DNA from: Fimbriosthenelais zetlandica
Taxonomy: Eukaryota
NCBI GenBank assembly: GCA_977030845.1
Contig: OZ365113.1
Span: forward strand, 18,290,001-18,354,000
Direction of reading: 5' to 3'
DNA length: 64,000 bases
The notes under the pieces were generated by a model. The model was not told the DNA's origin. It ran no database searches and saw only the letters and a program-made list of their open reading frames with translations. Positions within the stretch are counted from its first letter, which is position 1. Every line of letters begins with the position of its first letter. Of this stretch, positions 59,101 through 64,000 are shown piece by piece. The position numbers and the translations under genes are program-made.

Positions 59101-60734
59101 GACACACTACTTTCAAAATAAAATATGTTTTCTGTTTTTTTTTTCAGGAGTAATTGTGACTCGACTGCTGCTAACATACTCCGTCAGCACTACACCAAAC
59201 CTTATTTCTTGCCCACTGTGGCGGAATCCAGCAAGACTGACTGGATCTTCATGGGTAGTCCAGGCTATGGTGCCCACATGCATGTAAGCCATTTTGTTGG
59301 CACAAACAAACCTAGAGATAATTAACGTCTCGCATGCCTCATATTTTATTACGGCAGAGGCTTCAGAAAGACAGAACTGATTGATGATCAATAGCATTAT
59401 GACTAGTAACTTGAATTTATAGATCTATTTCCAATCATGTTGTCCAAGCAGGGCTCAACAAATTGTACATAATCAGGTCGTGTTATTTGGCGGGCCCTGC
59501 TAGGTTCCTTTTAAAATCTGAAATGATTGTTTTACAAGATTGTTTTTCTCTATAGATTGACAATGTCCGTAACCCATCATGGCAGGCCCAGGTGACTGGG
59601 GAGAAACTGTGGACACTAGAACCACCCCCCGAGTGTTACCACGTCTGTAAACAAAGTGTAGACGTCAAAGTTAACCCTGGAGAGATAAGTAAGTTACCAT
59701 TATTACATTATCTGTTATTACAATATCGGTAATACCCATTAATCTCATCTCTAGTTTATAGTTACAGAGCCAGGTCTTGAATCTTGCTCTTTAAAATTAA
59801 CAACTGTTTTCCTCATTATAACATCCTCACTGTTAGAAGCTTGTTAGAGGTTTGTCTGAATTGCCTTTTTGGAGTCCCCATATTTAAACCTATCGCCCAT
59901 CGTGTTCCATTACATCTCACTGAAGCATGAAACAGAGTTCCTAATCCTCTCTGATCACCAATCAGCATAAATCAGATTTCCCTTTGACCTGAAAGAGTGT
60001 TCTTCTCGGTGATACGAATCAGCCCGTCTCTCATGTGAGTGGCAGGCAGTGATAGTATCCTCGCCGACTCATTTGCCTGTCCATTGGCTACGTTTCTGCT
60101 GCACTGATTAGATCAATCTGAAACGTAATGACATGGGGCTGATAAGGGACATCACATTGTGTGACTCTCTGACTGGACATGTGGAAATGGTTTAAGAAGA
60201 TGGAAATGAGAGAGGTAATAGAGGAGGATGGAGGTAGGAAGAAGATAGAGGCTTGCCCCTACTTGTAACAAGTAGGAAGACACGGGTCAGGCAGGTCTGA
60301 TTAGTGGTCACTAATCACCTCATTCATCTTATAAAAGGCCTGTCCCACTCACACCCCTCCCACCCACACACTGCCCCGCACCCCATCACTTACTAGTCAA
60401 TGGGCAATCATTCTTTTCCAACTGTGTCTCTTTAGATGACCATATCATGTCAACATTTTATGTTGAAAAAAAATAAATTATTTTCTACCTGGAGCAAAGC
60501 TTCGTCCCACATCACATCATCGCAACTGTTATCGAATTCTCTTCACACTCCCCTGTAAACGTAGTGTGGCCTCACTGACGTGTATAATATAGTTGATATA
60601 ACAAGCATTTATAATAAGATTTAATATTGTAATTCTTTGTTTTGACAGTTGTCCTGGACACCAACCGTTGGTACCACTCAACGTTAATAGAAGGCGATAA
60701 GATGAGCATTACTATAGGCTCTGAGTTTGATTGA
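56164..60734 (+). CDS. Membrane-anchored JmjC/cupin 2-oxoglutarate oxygenase-like protein (JMJD6/4/8-related, uncharacterised)
   Basis: Exons 56164-56813, 59148-59283, 59556-59688 and 60649-60734. They give an N-terminal TM segment (IWPYVCTCFGLLLILSSVVLLM), a Cys-containing linker, PIVIVDGMKNWTA, WIFMGSPGYGAHMHIDN..SWQAQVTGEKLW..GEIIVLDTNRWYHST. Confidence 0.88.
57045..57420. mobile_element. Degenerate foldback/MITE-like element
   Basis: The left arm ..gcctctcgtgaca..ctcggcctctctcggcacctttggaccatcatggcagta is the imperfect reverse complement of the right arm tactgccatcatggttcaaagtggcgagagaggccgag..tgtcacgagaggc..ggaagtgagat. Confidence 0.65.
57775..57990 (+). mobile_element. tRNA-derived SINE (degenerate) of the type common in molluscs
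   Basis: A-box-like GGTGGAGTGTTTAG, B-box GGTTCAAACCG, central ..TTAGCACTCAGCAAAGTACAAAGACTGG.. and tail GTTGAAAGCGACGTTAAACCC. The family resemblance is recalled, not searched. Confidence 0.7.
58239..58322. mobile_element. 84-bp Tc1/mariner-type MITE with TA target duplication
   Basis: TA|CAGTCTGTTCACTCTAAGTTGATCCGAAACCAC..(TA)n..GTGGTTTTGGATAAACTTAGAGTGAATAGACTG|TA. The arms are about 33 bp with 3 mismatches. Confidence 0.8.
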
Positions 60735-62928
60735 TCCCTAGAGTCCCACAGGCTCGCTTCACGCCGCACTCAAGTATCATTAATAGCTTGTCTGGTAATA
60801 TGGTAGAGATAAATTCTGCCCACATTTATAGTATATATATCTGTATAAAGATACAGGAGGTGCTTTGGTGTGGCTAAAAACGATTGACCTCAACCTTCTC
60901 ACATTGGTTGGCGTTTAAGAGGCGTTTTCCATTTTTTTATGATGCTATTGCTATTATAATCTTCATTGCTATTATTTGAGACAGCTGCTAATGTAATTAG
61001 CATACATGTATGATGAACGCTCGGTTTTAGTACACTTAAGTACACCAGATAGTGATGTTTGAATTGAATTTTACCGAGTGATACACGAATCATTTAATCG
61101 GGAATGAAGCAAGTCATTGGGTATTACAGTAAAATGGAGGTGGAAAAAGCTCATAATATTGTTGAATATAAATATATTGTTGAAAATTATATGCTCGTCC
61201 CTGGAATAGTATGAAGAACCATTCTAGGTTACAGATTTATCCTTAGTTGAAGGATACTTTATAGGAGGAGAAATCTTACAAATTACGCTACATTGTTTTT
61301 GTATATCAGCAAATTTAAAGCGGTTATTTTAGTAATAACACGTTTATTGCCCTAATTAATCATGTTTATACCTGGCTGACGTGCTCCTCTATGTCGTGAC
61401 TGGTACTAGAATTTAACGAGGCACGCTCTCACGATGGAGTAATTTTCCAACTTCCCAATTTTAGACTATTTGATGTTTCTAGATTCTACAATGTAGTTTA
61501 TATATATATACAATAATGTATTAAACATATCGTCTAGGTCTAGTATTAGAAACCTTAGTTCCCGTTCCGGGTTTCTTATAGGCTGGATGACCTGAAAGAT
61601 CTAGGATTCATTTTCACATCCTCCACACTACCTCGCCCTCACATTTTAGAGGGAACCTGTTGACTTGAATCAACCGAATCTCTGTGACGTATACTTTGAG
61701 GAAAGATCTGGAAGTTTTATTAGAACGTATCTTATATCCACTGCTAACGCTTGTTGGACTGGAAGTCGGTATAGAATATGCAATTGGTCATTCCTCATAT
61801 TTATCACTATTTGATAATGTTTTCCATTCTTTGGAAATATATCTGGATGAAAAGAGTTCCAGATGTAAAATTGAAAATAACATTTGAAATGTTCTTGGTT
61901 CTTCACTCCTACAATAAAAAGTAAAGAGAGCGATAAAAAGTATTTTTATCGTGAACACTGTGAATGGTAGGCCTATTGGAGTCTACATGTATTGTATATT
62001 GTTAAAAAAACTCCAGCTGATTCGCTCCATCTAAATATTATATTGATATATATATTTACTCCATGACAAAAGACCTATTTCTGTTTTGGAATACGCCAGG
62101 CACATGATATTACAAGAGTATTTCACCGATTTTTTGTATGGTGGCCAACAGTCGCATGTTTAATATTTCTATACGTTTTGCTTTGAACACAGCCGAAGTT
62201 TACCATTGTATTGTGCCAACTGTATATTGTGCTGTCCCGTATTTACAAGAATTGTGAACAATATTTGCTATTGCTCTTAGAGAAAACACTAAAAATTTGT
62301 TAAAATACCTCTATTAATTTGTAGGAATAACTAAAAGGAAATTCAGTAATTAATGCGTCTTTTATTGCCCTAGTTGCAGTGTATAAATTGATTGTTCAAA
62401 ACAATATATTATCCATAGCCTAGGTATGTCTGGTGACATTCATGTCTGATAATTGGTTAGACTAATATTAATAAGGTTCACAATCAAGACCTCCATGATC
62501 ATCAATTTGTGCGATTCCTTATAACTGTTAAAGAAAGTTAATTTTGATATTTTTTTTCAGGGGAGGTTTCCTTACTTGTAATGTTCTACTATCCAGGCAT
62601 ACACTGTATAGTTTATCATGGATTATATTTTCTACTGTTAAGAAATTATTTGAATATTTCAATTAAACTTTTTGTATCATTTGTAAAGGATATCACCTAT
62701 GATAGACTATTAAGATCATAATATTATGCCAGTGCTACTTCGCTATCATATGTTATCAAACATGTGCAAAATACAATGTGAATCGAGATTGAAGTGTTTT
62801 CTTTTCTTCTCGGGACAAAATACCTTTTGCTGCATATCCAACTACATGCAGTTACTACACAATTAGTAAATTCAGAGACCAGTTCTTTCCTGTCATCGAT
62901 AGTACCGGTATTAAATGATCTTAACTTG

Positions 62929-64000
62929 TTAGACTTCAACATTAATCTTGTTAGACCTCACTTGACGGCCTGACTTGGCTTGCAGGGTGATGTTGAAGGA
63001 AATGTCAATGTAGGGCTCCGGACAGCAAGGGTAGTGAACCGCCTGACGTTTAGCACTTGTACTAACCAGATCAAACTCGGGGTGGGTCATGTAGTTACTG
63101 GTATCGACATCCTTGCCAGACAACTTCAGGTCCATCAAAAAGCCATCATAAGTCCATGATCCTATTTTAAGTGGGCAGGTGAACTGTAAAAGATGAATTT
63201 TTTAATTTGGTTAATAATGTCAACGTATTGCATGGAGGGAACTTAAGATTATTTTTATTCCTAATTCTTTGTCTTGAAACGATGGGGAATTTACCCTTTG
63301 GTTGCTGTCATTGGGGTGTGGGATTCTGCAGGAGAACCTCTGTTTCACTCCAGGAATGTAGTAAATTAACCCGGTATGTTGAACCAGGACCAACGACGCA
63401 TCTCCAGTGACTATTTCCATCTTGGATGCCCTGTAATTATCATCCAGTAAGAAGTTTCAATGGATTTGTAACTTGGAGGTTCTATTGTATTCTAAATTTA
63501 TTTGAATGCTATATTGTCATTTATTTAAATGCATTTTACCTACCCATTGTATGCAGTAATATCGGGAATGAAAATTTCCCTAGGTTCCACTCGTATATTC
63601 TTCACATCGCCGAAATCTGAAGGCGTCCATTTCATATATATGTCAGTCCATTGCTTAAAGGAATAGAAGATTTAATATTTACAGAAATATATATAAAACT
63701 ATCTCTTATGACATTTTTCATGGTTTCATTGCCCTCGACACCCCGCAACTTAAGGTTGAATGATAGGCCTATTGAATTAGCATTGGCAGCTGGAAGGGAT
63801 TAAACCACCATTCATTCATTATTTCTTTTTAAAAGATCTTATCCTTTCTTACCATGTTGAACCATACCAGGAGTTCAATGCTCTGGGTAGAATAATCAAC
63901 GTCCACCACTTGGATTAGACTTAGACCAAAGTTAACATCCATGGTGTCATTGTGTGATTCTACCGGTCGACCCAACCTTCCAATGCGGCGATAGTTGTCT
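62929..64000 (-). CDS. AChBP: Soluble acetylcholine-binding protein (Cys-loop ligand-binding domain with no TM helices); 5' end outside the window
   Basis: Exons 63999-63853, 63653-63544, 63430-63295 and 63183-62929. They give RPV..VNFGLSLIQVVDVD..VWF..IPDITAYN..SCRIPHPNDSNQRFTC..IGSWTY..HYPCCPEPYIDISFNITLQAK..VEV stop. No TM-coding ORF was found downstream, and a minus-strand AATAAA lies at 62361-62366. Confidence 0.88.

Noticed and set aside
60800-62928. Downstream transmembrane exons that would make the AChBP a full nAChR subunit
   Set aside because: No minus-strand ORF resembles M1-M4, a poly(A) signal follows, and the JmjC gene occupies the adjacent sequence on the other strand.

Overview
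This is an AT-rich, intron-rich animal genomic window, not prokaryotic. It is probably a mollusc or other lophotrochozoan, inferred from an Aplysia-like AChBP and a mollusc-type SINE. Ten genes were reconstructed by reading splice sites, in strictly alternating orientation: TENT4/PAPD5 (+, 5' truncated), ACSF3 (-), MRPL52 (+), NUDCD1 (-), a RIPK1-like kinase-RHIM-death domain gene (+), a BTB plus 11 C2H2 zinc-finger gene (-), TRAPPC8 (+, with a U12 intron), PSME3IP1/FAM192A (-), an orphan membrane-anchored JmjC oxygenase (+) and a soluble acetylcholine-binding protein (-, 5' truncated). The structure these genes do not explain is a ~3.4 kb higher-order tandem array (20655-24035) in the ACSF3/MRPL52 divergent interval. 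It holds 11 tRNA-like Pol III-type cassettes (one partial). Three carry a UCA (stop-reading) anticodon, and their anticodon arms are DNA palindromes that vary at the central base. The cassettes alternate with a 15-bp-period GCAGCAGATG minisatellite. Also present are a TTAA-flanked piggyBac-type MITE, a TA-flanked MITE, a SINE, a perfect 31-bp hairpin, and NF-kB and CRE sites upstream of the RIPK1-like gene. All family assignments come from recalled motifs; no database searches were run.
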